64,000 nt of DNA from Hormiphora californensis. Lineage: Eukaryota; Animalia; Ctenophora. The notes under the pieces are model-generated. The model ran no database searches and was not told the origin of the DNA. It saw only the letters and a program-made list of their open reading frames with translations. The translations under genes were made by a program, and so were the position numbers. Positions 1 through 12,026 of the stretch are shown in pieces. How positions within the stretch are numbered: the stretch's first letter is position 1; each line of letters begins with the position of its first letter. Location: positions 372,001 through 436,000 of the forward strand of contig CM035355.1 in assembly GCA_020137815.1 (NCBI GenBank), written 5' to 3'.

Positions 1-1215
1 CCGCTGTTACATTCTCTGGGCTCCCCTGGCAGTAGGACCTCATCTTTACTCAATGGGTCCTTTAAATGTCCTTTGGATTACAATGAAAAAAAAAAACAAA
101 AGGAGACGCCCCTAAACTACTGAAGCACCGAGGATAACCAACTGACTGCCATGGCGGTAAGCAGAATAAATTAAGAACTAAAAACCCTACTAATATTTGT
201 AGAGGACTTGAATCATGAAATTCTCCTCACTGCTGCGCCTCCAAAGGCGTTTGCTCTTAGTGCGATTCTCGGGACTGGTTTGGATTTTTGGTTTCTTTGT
301 TCTTTCAACAAACCAATTATACCTATCTGAATGCGCTCTTCATGCTTTACATTCCTCAGTTGCCCACAGGTTGTTTTTAATGTTATTTCTCTTTACTGTT
401 GATCTGGTAGAACCACGGGACAGTTTAGTGTTTATTTGGCAGCGAAACCATTTTCAATTGAATGATCACCCACTCTCCCTTGTAACGCAGTTACCCCTTC
501 CCTTGCCGGCGGGAAGTGTGACTGTCTTCGAACTCCCCCTACAGCTATGTACCTGATCCAATCCCCTCACGCGTCTTGATCGCATGACACGATCGCACCC
601 TCCAGGGTATCAATGACCTGGATAATTCATGGAGCTTGGAACAAGGAGTTTCGCAAGACTGGAGGAAGAGTGGAATGCTCGAGCACAACTACGTGCAATC
701 TCCCCATGATGTCAACCACCATCAATACACCATCCCAAAACACTTACCTAGAAACCTCTCGAACTTTCTGTTTGAAACTGTTCACTGTAAATCTGCCAAC
801 AAAGCGACTCACCGAATACAAGCCCAGAGGAGGTTGAAACAGGGACTGTGTGTCTACTGTGGGACTTAAACTCTTGGACGTTTTCCCATAAAAACTCCAC
901 AGATAAACATATATGTGAGCATTCGAAACAAGCCATTTGATCTAAGACAATTTCGAGGATAATAACACTTTTTTGCTATTTGACAATTCCATATTATTAT
1001 TGTTCCTTTTTGAATGTTAGTTCCTCAACAAATGAATCTGCTGTGGTTCTGTGTACTAGCATAAAATAGCATCTCCAAAGTAAACCGTGTGGAGAGACGG
1101 TGCATTGCATTGCATTGTCATGGGGCAGACCGCGAATTAGGTATACCCATTGATTTTCTGAGCGTGCCCGGCGACCCGATCTTTTCAAAGTATGGATGTG
1201 ATGAGAGTAGAGAGG
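1..1215 (+). pseudogene. Inverted, indel-rich copy of the 3' (7TM/C-tail) exons of the adhesion GPCR; alternative haplotype/read or degraded duplicate
   Basis: Reverse complement of ~11645-12790 plus ~14240-14410 (e.g. CCGCTGTTACATTCTCTGGGCTCCCCTGGCAGTAGG; [10 protein letters not shown]). It has frameshifts and lacks the two MITEs found in the other copy's intron. Confidence 0.8.
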
Positions 1216-1479
1216 AAGAAAAACGCTAGAACATAAAACGAAAGATCATTCCAACCATCATTGCATGTGGATATTTTCCATCTCTGAAGAGAAAAGTACC
1301 TTGCAAAAAAGTACACCAATATGGCTGAAAATATGGCCTGGTGTGTTCTGACGCGAAGTCTAAAAACCCAAAGTCCAAAAGCGACTTGAAAAGCACTGTG
1401 AAAGGGGTCTGCAGAGTGCAGTGGCACATGTCAAAAACTCGACACAGCCTTTCTTTCCTCACCATTTAAAACCGACAAC

Positions 1480-3200
1480 ACCTCACAGTTTTGGCTCAAT
1501 CTAAAGTTTTATCTGTCGAAATATCAAGCAAGCCCTACGCCCAACCCCACCCTACCTAGCCCTAACCCTAACCCCACTTTAGCCCTACCCTAAAAACACC
1601 GTGATTGTGGACCTCAAAACATCGGGCCCGTTTTACGATCTGGGTGTTTGGAGCCTGTTTTAGCAGGTGCGCGCCTCCAAAAATTTGATTCACTAAAAAT
1701 GGCTCTAACCGCCAAACCACTCACAACCGTTTTGGCTGATTCCAAAGTTTCTGTGTAGGGCAATATCAGGCCTAACTCCCAACCCAACCCCAACCCAACC
1801 CTACACCCTACTTTATAGGGCCCTAACTACTCTAAACACCTTTGTCGCACTCTCCCAAAACACCCAATTTTAACAGCTGGCCCAAAACTCGGAAAACGTT
1901 AAAATCTGGGTGCCTTCCTTGCTAACAATTGTCATCGATTTTGGGCGGTCTCGAGACGTTGTTAGTGCTGTTGTTAGGGTCGGGTAGGGTTTTGTTTGGG
2001 TTATCGGTTAGGGCTAAATCGATTCTCTTCAGATAGTTATACGGCACCAATTTATCCCAAAGTTCCACAACAATTAATTATATAACTTCGTCCCGCTCTG
2101 TACACCATACCTAATAAAGTGATACAAGGCTGAAGGTGAAAATATTACATTTCACATCAGCGTGTCCTAAAGCGGTTTAATACAAACTTAGAGACAGTGA
2201 ATAACCAATCCTAGTAGCATTAGATTCACAAAATACGAGGAACAATGGGTTATAGGACAACAGGTAACACTAACAAAACAACGAGACAACATAAAAACCA
2301 GATTAAACAGAATACACAATCCACGACGCAAAACACACCATCAGCAGTCAATACAAAACGTTTAATACCAAAAAACATACTCACCCGGTACAAACCATTC
2401 ACACAGACAACACAGACAAATCACAAACACATACACACAGATTCGGTAATAACATAAATAAATTAGCTTGTCTTCAAACACCCTCACTGAGAAGTCCTTT
2501 GACAAGAACCGTGTTATTTACTACTCACATCGGCTGGTGGTCTGTCTCGTGGCTAAGCCGTTTGAAAAAAGTCGGTCTGGAATAAAAGTGTACTCTTTTT
2601 TGGTAGCGCGCGCTGTAAACTCGGCTGAAAGGCACCCAGATAATAATCTTGGCCTATGCTACAAAGGCCGCCGCGGAAACCGCGCGCACTTGGGGTCTGC
2701 AGCTGCAGCCAATTATAAATCGCGTCGCGCCAAAACATCCAGATTTTCACGTTTGCTGTGAAAGAGATTTTATTTAATTTTTTCTGGCATGTAAATGTAA
2801 GCGAAACAACACGAACTGGCTTGCGTTCCCCGTAACGTTTCGCGCATGTGAATCTCTCCGGTGAGAGTCGTCAGATGCCGCAACGAATGCCCGACGCGCA
2901 GCCAGTTCGTTGTTGTTTTCGCTTACACTTTATAATTCTATTTTGCGGGTTATGTGGGGGTAAATGGGGTGCGCGGCGTCGTTTGTTTCGATTTGCCGTC
3001 TGAAGAGCCGTGCGCGTTTTTAGATTTTTGGAAAATTTTATATTTTTTTTTCGATTTGAATTCCTAGCTCAATTTGAACCTTTGGGCATGGCGCTGGCAG
3101 CCCCAATGTGCGCGCGTTTCCACGGCTTTTAGGGCCAGACATAGGCAAATTTGACCAGACTTTTTAACAAAAGGTGCATTTTTTAAAAAAGTGTGGCATT
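1480..3200. mobile_element. Degraded copies of a modular repeat family with telomere-like CCCTAA/TTAGGG modules and an internal inverted repeat
   Basis: Matches modules at 8260-8630 and 36000-36960 (GGGTTAGGGCTAAAGTAGGGTTAGG...AAACACCCAGATCGTAACGG). An inverted pair lies around 2640-3150. Confidence 0.55.
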
Positions 3201-3819
3201 GTTGTTTTGACTTTGTTTTTCAAGAACGACTTCCAACCACATAAAGACCTTCGGAAGGCGATTTATGATCTCTCCCGTCATTGATAGAGTAAAAATGTCC
3301 AAGCAAAGAACAGTCCTATGGTAATGGCGATGATGATGATGATGATTGGGTTTGTTCCTTGACCGTCAGGCCCTATTTGGAATTCTGGCAAAAAGAGTGC
3401 ATTTATGGCGTCTGGGAGTACTAAACTTTGGCAGTTACTATACAATTGATGAAAGAGTGTTGAGTTGGAGGTGTTATGTGAATAAAAGGTTTGTTCTAGG
3501 TATGGCTTCAAGCCACGGCATCTCTTTTCATTTCCTTCCCCCTTTCCTGTCAGCACGGTCTACTGACAAGTGTCAAAATGGGTAATGGGCTACCAAAACG
3601 AATTTCTATTACACCAAATCCCTGCAGGAGTACCTCTACTATTAAAATGTGGCCACCAAACCGGGCACCGAGATTACGATGGTGTGTTATCCACAGTCAC
3701 ACTGAGTGTTCGACTACCACATGCGGCAATGGTACCAGTCCCACTTCTCCGGTTGACCTCAATCTGAGTTCTCCATGATAGGTTATGTGTGTTATGCGTA
3801 CAGCTACCCCAAGCGCCAC

Positions 3820-4770
3820 CTACCCCTCCTTCCCTTCCCTTCCCTTCCCTTCCCTTCCTTCCTTCTTGCCCTTCCCTTCCCTTCCCTTCCCTTCCCTTCC
3901 CTCCTCGTCCCTTCCTTCATTCCCTTCCCTTCCTCTTCCCTTCCCTCCCTTCCCTCCCTTCCCTTCCCTTCCCTCGTCCCTTCCCTTCCCTTCCCATTCC
4001 CTTCCCTTCCCTTCCCTTCCCTTCCCCTTCCCTTCCCTTCCCTTCCCTTCCCTCCCTTCCCTTCCCTTCCCTTCCCTCCCCTTCCCTTCCCTTCCCTTCC
4101 TCCCTTCCCTTCCCGTCCCTTCCCTTCCCTTCCCTTTCCCTCTCCCTCCGTTCCCTTCCCTGCCCTTCCTCTCCTTCCCGTCTCCCTTCCCTTCCCTTCC
4201 TCCTTCCCTTCCCTTCCCTTTCCCTTCCTGTCCTTCCCTTCCGTTCCCGTCCCTTCCCTTTCCCTTCCCTTCCCTTCCTTCCCTTCCCTTCCCTTCCCTT
4301 CCCTTCCCTTCCCTTCCTCTCCTATCCTCCCTTCCGCTTCCTTCCGCTTCCTTCGCCTTCTTCCCTTCTCTTCCCCCCCTTCTCTTCCCTTCTCGCTCTG
4401 TCTCTCCCTTTCTCTGTGCCCTTCTCTTCCTTCTCGTTCCCTCTCTTCCTTCTCTGGCTCCGTCTTCTTGTCCCTTCTCTCCCCTTCTTCTTCCCTTCTG
4501 CTTTCTGTCTCACCTTCTCTCCCTTCTCTTCCCTTTCTCTTCCCCTTCTCTTCCCTTCGCTTCTCTTCCCTTCTTTCTTTCTCGTTGCCTTCTGCTTTCT
4601 TCTTTCTCGTCTCTTCCACGTTTCTCTTCTCGATCTTCTCTATTTTTCCTTCTCTTCCCGTTCGTTCCTTCTCTTTCCGCCCTCTCATTCTTTTTTTACT
4701 CTCCTTCTTTGCGTCTTTGCTTCACTGGAATCTTCCTCCACCTTCTCTTCTCGGTCCTTTCTTCCTTCTT
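3820..4770. repeat. (CTTCC)n pentanucleotide / polypyrimidine tract, degrading rightwards
   Basis: Direct inspection. It produces spurious PSLPF and GKGRE ORFs. Confidence 0.95.
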
Positions 4771-6219
4771 TGATATTCCTCATCTATGGGTACTTAATGC
4801 CTTCCTTCTTTCCGTACCTTCTAGATCCGGTGGTTTCGAAGTTTGTCACTCTTCCTTCTTCATTCTTTCTGATCGTCTTAGTTCTGTCCTCTCTTCCAAT
4901 CCTAGCCTTCTCTCTTACTCTTGCCCTTCGCGCCCTTGGATCTTCCTTTCTACCCCTCGACTGACTTAATTACGATCTCTTACTTCGGCCTTCTCTGCTT
5001 GTCGTCCTTCCTCTTCTTGTATCCCTGCCTAGTGTATGGCATTACCCCCGATCGAAGGCAATACAAAGCGATACGTCTTGCTAGACTCTTCATTTCTATA
5101 TACTCCGAATCTTAATAGTCTAAGTCCTCCCATAACTCGTGTCTGTACTCTTCCCTCTCTCCCTTCTCGGTCCAGTATACTTATTCATCATTGCTCATCG
5201 AATGACACTTCCATTCTTCTAATAGCCGGATACGTGTCTCTTCCACTGTGACTTCCGGGGTACTCACATTTTAGTCCCATCATTCGTCTTGGCCTCCATC
5301 AGTTCTCTATCTCTGCGATTCCAGCGTTGCAAATTCTCTAGACGGATATTTCCTCGTTCCATCAGGTCTCTCTCGTGGTGTCGTTCATCAGTGACTATCG
5401 ATGTGATCATCTTGCCTCGTTTCTGGTTTCTGTTCAGTAAGTCAGTCAATCCTTCTCGTTGATCATCAGTTTTCCACCCAGAGATTACTATGGCGTATGG
5501 CACCCTAATCCTGTGCCCATCTCGGACATTCTTCTGCATGTAGGCCTGCTTTGCTGCACTACCTGTAGTCTGTGGGTATTCGCGTGAAATCGGGGGCGCT
5601 TAGATAGTCTAGTAACTCGGTGAGCAGATGTCTCCGTTCTCCCTTTCATTTCTGAGGCTTCCTAGTTCATTCAAGGATTGTCCTGGAACCCCTGTCTTGT
5701 AACGTCTGCCAGAACTGATTGTCTACAGAATTGATGGTCTGTAGTTGCCCTGATGCTAGTTCTCTAGTATGTTCCCAGGCGTCCCTTATCTCGTGTATCC
5801 AATTCCGATCACATTGCACGTTAGATCGAGTCACATGGCAATGCTCGTTCTCTTTGCCTCTGGCGCATCGCTTCTAAATAGCATTTTCTGCTTTGACCAC
5901 AGGGTAGTGGCACCTTCTATCTAGCCGAACTTCTCGTTCTCTGACCTATCTACTTTCTCCTTTCGGGTGGCTTACCCGTTCTCTTGCTTCTTGAACGGCT
6001 TTGATGACCTGCTGGTATCTTCCTTTTATCCCCGTGTCGCAAATGACTCATTCTTTCCTGTGAGTTCTCTTGCTTTCTTCCTTCTCTAGTTCCCTTCATC
6101 TGCTCTTGTCGTCCTTATCCTTGCCTTCTCCCTTCTCTTGCTTCTCAACTTATCTGAGCTTCCTCCTCCTTCTTCCCTTCTCTTTCCGCTTCTCTTCCCT
6201 TCTCTTCCTCCTAATCATT

Positions 6220-6918
6220 CTCCCTAAATTCTCCCTAAATTCTCCCTAAATCCTCCCAAATTTATCCCTAATTTATTCCTAATTTATTCCTAATTTATCC
6301 CTAATTTAATCCCTAATTCTCCTATTCTCCCTACAATTCTCCCCTAAATTCTCCCTAAATTCTCCCTAATTTCTCCCTAATTTATTCCTAATTTATTCCT
6401 AATTTATATCCCTAATTTATCCTTGCCTTGTTCGACCCTCCCTCCCCCCGCCAAAAAAACAAATTCTCCCTAATTCTCCTAAATTCACCTAAATCTCCCT
6501 AAATTCTCCCTTAGTTATCCCAATATTTACCTAATTTATTCCTAATTTATCCTAATTTATCCCTAATTCCCCTAAATTCTCCCTAAATTCTCCCTAAATT
6601 CTCCCTAATTTATTCCTAATTTATTCCTAATTTATCCCTAATTTATCCCTAATTTATCCCTAATTTATCCCTAATTTATCCTTGCCTTGTTCGACCCTCC
6701 CTCCCTTATAAAATAAAATAAAAAGGTTTGAACAAAACAAATTTATCCCTAAATTCTCCCTAAATTCTCCCTAAATTCTTCCTAAACTCTCCCTAAATTC
6801 TCCCTAAATTCTCCCTAAATTCTCCCTAAATTCTCTCTAATTTATCCCTAATTTATTCCTAATTTATCCCTAATTTCCCCTAATTTCTCCCTAATTTCTC
6901 CCTAATTTCCCCTAATTT
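6220..6918. repeat. ~10-11 bp minisatellite CCCTAAATTCT / CCCTAATTTAT with a telomeric CCCTAA core
   Basis: Dozens of tandem units, interrupted twice by CCTTGCCTTGTTCGACCCTCCCTCCC (~6421, ~6680). Confidence 0.9.
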
Positions 6919-8259
6919 GGTAACTTCTTCTGTTATTGTAACCCCTAATCCCCAATTCCCTTTTTAGGTGTGATTGGAGGAGTGATGACTGTAATCCTTT
7001 AAATTGTTGGACAGGAAAACACAGCTATATATACCGCAAAGTGATGGAGCACATCTTGGTCCAGATAGATCAGCCATCGGGTGTATCTTTTGCCCAGCTT
7101 ATTACACTGTTTACTTCAATGGACTATTTTTTAATTTTTATAAATGTGTGGTGGGGGGAGGGCTCCCGTATTAAAACCTTATTTCCGAGAGTGCTCGGAT
7201 GTACATTAATAAATACGCTCTCTGTCGCCAAAAGTACACTGTGCTATAAGGCACTTAAAACAACCAATTACTTCAGTAGTGTCCTCTCTCTCAGTCTTCC
7301 TCTGAACCCTCGAGGTGAAAGAGTGACACTCCTCGCCATGGAAAAAGATAATCTCAAGCGAATTTAACTCACAATCTTTGTATCTTTGTTCCGCAAGAAG
7401 CGGGAGAATTCTCTCTTGTATATAAATGATGATGTTTTAAATTGTTTATGTTTTAATATATTTGCAGTGTTTACCATTTTATTATCCATATCAGTTTAAG
7501 TTATTGGTAAACAAATACAAAGAATAGTGTCGTTGAATAATTAAAACATGTGTGTAGATAAATCTGTCTTTCTCTCTGTCTCTCCCTACCCCTCTACCTC
7601 TCCTCTCTCACCCTCTTACTCGATTTCTATCTCCATCAAACATGTTTTAAACTGTGAGTTTGATATCGGATTACTGAAAACCTTGGAAATGGTCATGAAA
7701 TGAGGAAGAAATTATCAAACATGATTTAGACTATAATTGCCAGTGCTCTGTCTGGGTGAAATCTGTCCAAAATGAGGTCTACTTACCTTGCGCGCGATAT
7801 TCATAGGTCTTGCGCGTGATGAAAGTAAGCATTGTTATCGTTCTAAAAAGACGCGCCTCCATGCAAAGTGCCCTAGGCTCAAAAGCCTAATTTGGAACCT
7901 ATTTTGATCAAATTTTAAACTGTATCTTGTGAACACATGAATTTAAAACACTAAGGTTTTTACTAGACTCAAATCCGATCTATCAATCAGAAATGAGAGG
8001 CATTTGTCCGTTTAACTGGCAAACAGGGGTTTAATTGGCTTCATTAGTCATTTGACCCGGGTACAAACACTTTTTGAAAAAAATTTTTCCACATGCTGTT
8101 CATAAACTGCCCTTCTTCACTTCTGAATAGGTCACAAAAACGTGCCTTTTTGGGGGGGTATTTTCCCCACTAGGTGTTTAGCTCGCGGAACTGTCTATAA
8201 AATGTAACACGCGATTTAAAAATAAGAAAACGACGCAGTTTTACGCCGCGCAAATTTGA

Positions 8260-8630
8260 AAATATGGCTCGGCGGTGTGTTTTTGACACGAAGCGAAGTC
8301 TTGGCATGCGCTGCAGACCCCAAGTGCGCGCGTTTTCCACGGCTTCTTTAGGGCCTGTAGCATAGGCCAAAGCGAAGTCTAAAAAACCCGGCCAGCGTTA
8401 AAATCTGGGTGTTTTGGGAGTGCTGACAAACGGTTTTTAGGGTTAGGGCTAAAGTAGGGTTAGGGTTAGGGTTGGGGTTAGGCCTTGACATTCCCTACCA
8501 GAAAAACTTTGAATCAGCCAAAACGGTTGAGTGGTTTGGCGGTTAGAGCCATTTTAGTGAATCAACTTTTTTGGCAACGCGCACCTGTAAACAGGCCTCC
8601 AAACACCCAGATCGTAACGGCGCCCTAAAA
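8260..8630 (+). mobile_element. Copy of the modular repeat family with TTAGGG-like modules
   Basis: Near-identical to 36340-36430 plus 36741-36890. Confidence 0.65.
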
Positions 8631-9017
8631 ACCCTAAACCCTTTTTTAAAAGTCCAAAATTGAAACTTAAAAGGCGCTGCGACAAACTCGACAGCATTTT
8701 TGACCTCAAAATTTGAGGTATCTCATCAGGGGGTTTAGCGATGACTGCGGAAAGTTTCACATAACCAAAATGGAGACCTTTTTAGCTTGGGTGTTTGTGC
8801 GGGAAAGACGGAAGTGAACTATGAATCGCTTTCCAATATGCCATTACCCCCGTACTCCGCAACTTATTTGGGTTAGTTAATGATGTACTCGATACTATTA
8901 GCCAAAGGAGCTTGTTCGGCAGATGGTTCGAAGCAAAGGCGGAATCGCGGGTCATTTTTATCTAAATTCTAAATTCTAATTTCTAATCATTTATCCAGCT
9001 TAGTTGTAAATGTTGTT

Positions 9018-9812
9018 ATGATATTCAAAAGTAGGATCCTTCAAATTTCTTATCTTGGACGATACACGCTTTCCACAAGACCAAATCCCAGACGTCCATC
9101 GCCCCTGAAATCCGTCAAACATTCAAGCCGAAATGAGATCTTCAGCTCTGGCAAAGGGATGGAGAGTAAAATGTTACAAAAACTGCACACTGGTTCAAAA
9201 ATTGCCAGTGCCGTCTTTCTGCCTCAATTTGCTCTTAACTTGACCATCGGTGTGCCTTACTTGGATTATTTCCACTACAGCACTGTGCCAGCACTGATCA
9301 TATGTGGCTTGTTCACACATCCCTTCTCCGTTTACCTCGGCTCATGGACGGTCAAGGAGCTCAACTGTGATCCGGGAATGAAAACTGTTTCCATGGTAAC
9401 CCACGCTGGTAACAGTTATCCTGACATTCCTGTAACAGCCTGCCAGTTCAGCGCCGCCAAAAACAGTTTAACGATAGACAACAATGTATTCAACTTCCAC
9501 AAAACAGGTGTGTTTGTTCCAACAAGACTGAAACTCTTCGAGCAGAGGGCATCGTCGGGCAGTGTCCCACACTCCATCGATATTTCGACACTGACAATTG
9601 TACAGCAAATGTTCAACATGCAGTATTGGTACATGGTAGCGGGGACATGTCTCGTTCTCGCTCTCACGTATCTATACTCCGGGTACACAGACGGGCTTTA
9701 CGTGTGGTGGAATGTATCCAGTTTTATGCAAATGAAAGTGCTCGGGTTTAGCACCCTCGAGGACAAGTTGAGTCATTTAAAGTTGGAAAAAAATGCCGCA
9801 GAAGTAGAATGA
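9018..9812 (+). CDS. Single-exon predicted mitochondrial membrane protein, TMEM70/TMEM186/TMEM223-like (264 aa)
   Basis: Clean ORF with an R/S/K-rich, acid-free presequence-like N-terminus, two hydrophobic segments followed by a V.EL.....KTV...T beta region, and a further C-terminal TM. Family assignment is by eye. Confidence 0.55.
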   Translation: MIFKSRILQISYLGRYTLSTRPNPRRPSPLKSVKHSSRNEIFSSGKGMESKMLQKLHTGSKIASAVFLPQFALNLTIGVPYLDYFHYSTVPALIICGLFTHPFSVYLGSWTVKELNCDPGMKTVSMVTHAGNSYPDIPVTACQFSAAKNSLTIDNNVFNFHKTGVFVPTRLKLFEQRASSGSVPHSIDISTLTIVQQMFNMQYWYMVAGTCLVLALTYLYSGYTDGLYVWWNVSSFMQMKVLGFSTLEDKLSHLKLEKNAAEVE

Positions 9813-9956
9813 GTTTCTTGTCTAATTATTTATTTGCTGTGAAGTGATTTGTAAGTTATTGAAAAGTTTTTTGCTCAAGTTGTTGTTAGATTTAACTGTT
9901 ATCACACTGTTAATTGTTACCTTACCTTCTCTTTAATCCCTCATTATTATCCCAGA

Positions 9957-10592
9957 ATGGACACTGTCTGTGTATCAGCGTCCTGTATCTCTACAACTAT
10001 CATTGCCTTTCTCGCCTACAAACTATCCCAAAAACCAAAACCTTCCCCTCCTCAACATCCCTCTACGGAGGCACTGTTCTTCCCTGATCGAGGTATCCAA
10101 TGTCCCTACTACAAAACCTCACGAGGCTGCCTCAACACCTCCTGTGAGTACCTCCATGAACCTCTCTCCCTGCCGCGGTTGTGCGAGATTCTCCGCTCAG
10201 CACAACACACCCTTGACGTGTGTATGTTTGTTATATCATCCCCTGAACTCATGAGTCTCCTCGTGCAGATCAAGGAGAGGGGTGTTAGGGTGAGATGTAT
10301 CTGTAATGCAGAGGATATTGACGGACTTCAGCCTATCAGATCAGCAGGGATCCCTTTCCGGTTTGACCGATCTGACTACCTCATGCACAACAAGTTTGTC
10401 GTGATTGATTCCCGGGCGGTAACCACGGGATCGTACAACTTTTCTCGGGGAAACGGGAACAGAGAGAATGTGATTATCAGTTATACTAGGAATGTTATTG
10501 ATGCGTACCAGGCTGAGTTTGAGGAAATGTGGCAGTTGTACAGTGGGAACGATTTTAGATATAACTGTTTTAAAGAGAAAGTGTACAGGTAG
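9957..10592 (+). CDS. PLD6: Mitochondrial cardiolipin hydrolase / zucchini piRNA endonuclease (211 aa)
   Basis: N-terminal TM anchor, EALFFP, CCCH zinc wing (CPYYKTSRGCLNTSCEYLH), LDVCMFVIS, single HKD motif MHNKFVVID...TTGSYNFS...NRENVII. Confidence 0.93.
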   Translation: MDTVCVSASCISTTIIAFLAYKLSQKPKPSPPQHPSTEALFFPDRGIQCPYYKTSRGCLNTSCEYLHEPLSLPRLCEILRSAQHTLDVCMFVISSPELMSLLVQIKERGVRVRCICNAEDIDGLQPIRSAGIPFRFDRSDYLMHNKFVVIDSRAVTTGSYNFSRGNGNRENVIISYTRNVIDAYQAEFEEMWQLYSGNDFRYNCFKEKVYR

Positions 10593-10836
10593 TCGTTGGT
10601 TGCATTCGGACATACATTTTCAGTTTGTACCAGTTCATCTGCAATGTTTGCATGCAGTAACATGTTACATGAAACTCCCTTTTTAACCTTTTTCACGAGT
10701 TATATTGTATTTTATCTCAATTATGTTTCATTTTATAATTTTCAATGGAGTTTTTGGTTGTCTGCTTCTATGCGTTTTAAATCTGTATTACCATTCGATT
10801 TACTGTGATTAACCCCCAATTTCTTGTCCTTAGACC

Positions 10837-10930
10837 ATGAAAACTCGACGAGCCAGAAAAAAGGCATACCTGAAGGCAAAGAAAAAAGCGAAGAAAGCCA
10901 TATCTACAGCCCCCAATGTGACGCCAAGAG
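10837..10930 (+). CDS. Probable start of a third gene (basic N-terminus MKTRRARKKAYLKAKKKAKKAISTAPNVTP), lost in AG-rich noisy sequence
   Basis: Polypyrimidine-AG acceptor (TTCTTGTCCTTAG) followed by ACCATG; 30 codons of unique sequence before the microsatellite. Confidence 0.35.
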
Positions 10931-11340
10931 CGAGAGCGGAGCGGAGAGAGGAGAAGCGAGAGAGAGAGAGAGGAGAGAGCGAGAGAGCGGAGAGAGAGGG
11001 GGGAAGAGAGAGGGGAGGAGAGCAGATAGAGAGAGGGAGAGAGAGAGAGAGGAGGATGAAGGGGAGAGAGGAAAGGAGAGGCAGCAGAGAGAGAGAGAGA
11101 AGCGAGAGAGCCGAGAGAGAGAAGAGAGAGAGAGAGAGAAGAGAGGAGAGGGGACGAGAGAGGAGAGAGAGAAGAGAGAGAGGAAAGAGAGAGCGGCAGA
11201 GAGGAGAGAAAGTGAGAGAGCAGAAGGAGGAGAAGAGAAGAGAGAGGAGAGCAGTCGAGGAAGAGAAGAGAGAGAGAGAGTAGACGAGAGAGAGAGAGAT
11301 GTAGAGAGAGAGAGAGGACGAGAGAGATGAGAGAGAGGAG

Positions 11341-11376
<36 letters not shown>

Positions 11377-11660
11377 AGAGAGAGAGATGAGAGAGAGATG
11401 GAAGAGAGGAGAAGAGAGCGATAGAGGAGAAGAGAGAGAGAGAGAGCGAGAGAGAGAGAGAGAGAGAGCGAGCGAGAGAGCGAGAGGAGCGCGAGAGAGA
11501 GAGCAGAGAGCATAGAGCGAGAGAGCGCTCGATAGCGCTCGCTCTCGCGATCTAGCGAGATTAGAGGAGATATCGACTCTTCTCGTCTCGCGGCAGCTCA
11601 TCTCGCTTCAGCGCTCTAGCCTCCGAGATATCGCTATATCTGCTAGATCTCTCTCTCTCA
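10930..11660. repeat. Degenerate (AG)n microsatellite
   Basis: Direct inspection. Confidence 0.9.
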
Positions 11661-12026
11661 CTCCATACTTTGAAAGATAGGGTGCCCGGGCACGCTTACG
11701 AAATATCCAATTCCAATTCTAATTCGCGGTTCGCCCCTGACAATGCAAATGCATGCACCGTCTCTCACACGGTTTATTGGAGATGCTATTTTATTGCTAG
11801 CTACACAGAATCCAAGATAACTATTATTTCGTGACGGAACTAATTATATCAATTAAAGGAACAATGATAATATGAATTGTACAAATAGCAAAAAAGTGTT
11901 ATTTATCCGAAATTTTCTTAGATCAAAATGGCTTGTTTCATGCTTCACATAATGTTTATCTGTGTAGTTTTTATGGAAAACCCGTCCCAAGAGTTTAAGT
12001 CCCACAGTTAGACACACAGTCCTTTT

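Noticed and set aside
3278-3770. Possible minus-strand exon ending in a hydrophobic TM/GPI-like tail
   Set aside because: Lies in noisy sequence with broken frames and no recognisable family.
3775-4969. Long ORFs of 294-394 aa in several frames
   Set aside because: Translations of the (CTTCC)n repeat, which has no stop codons.
10777-11601. ER/SL-rich ORFs here and at 20035-20471 and 60118-63506
   Set aside because: Artefacts of (AG)n microsatellites.
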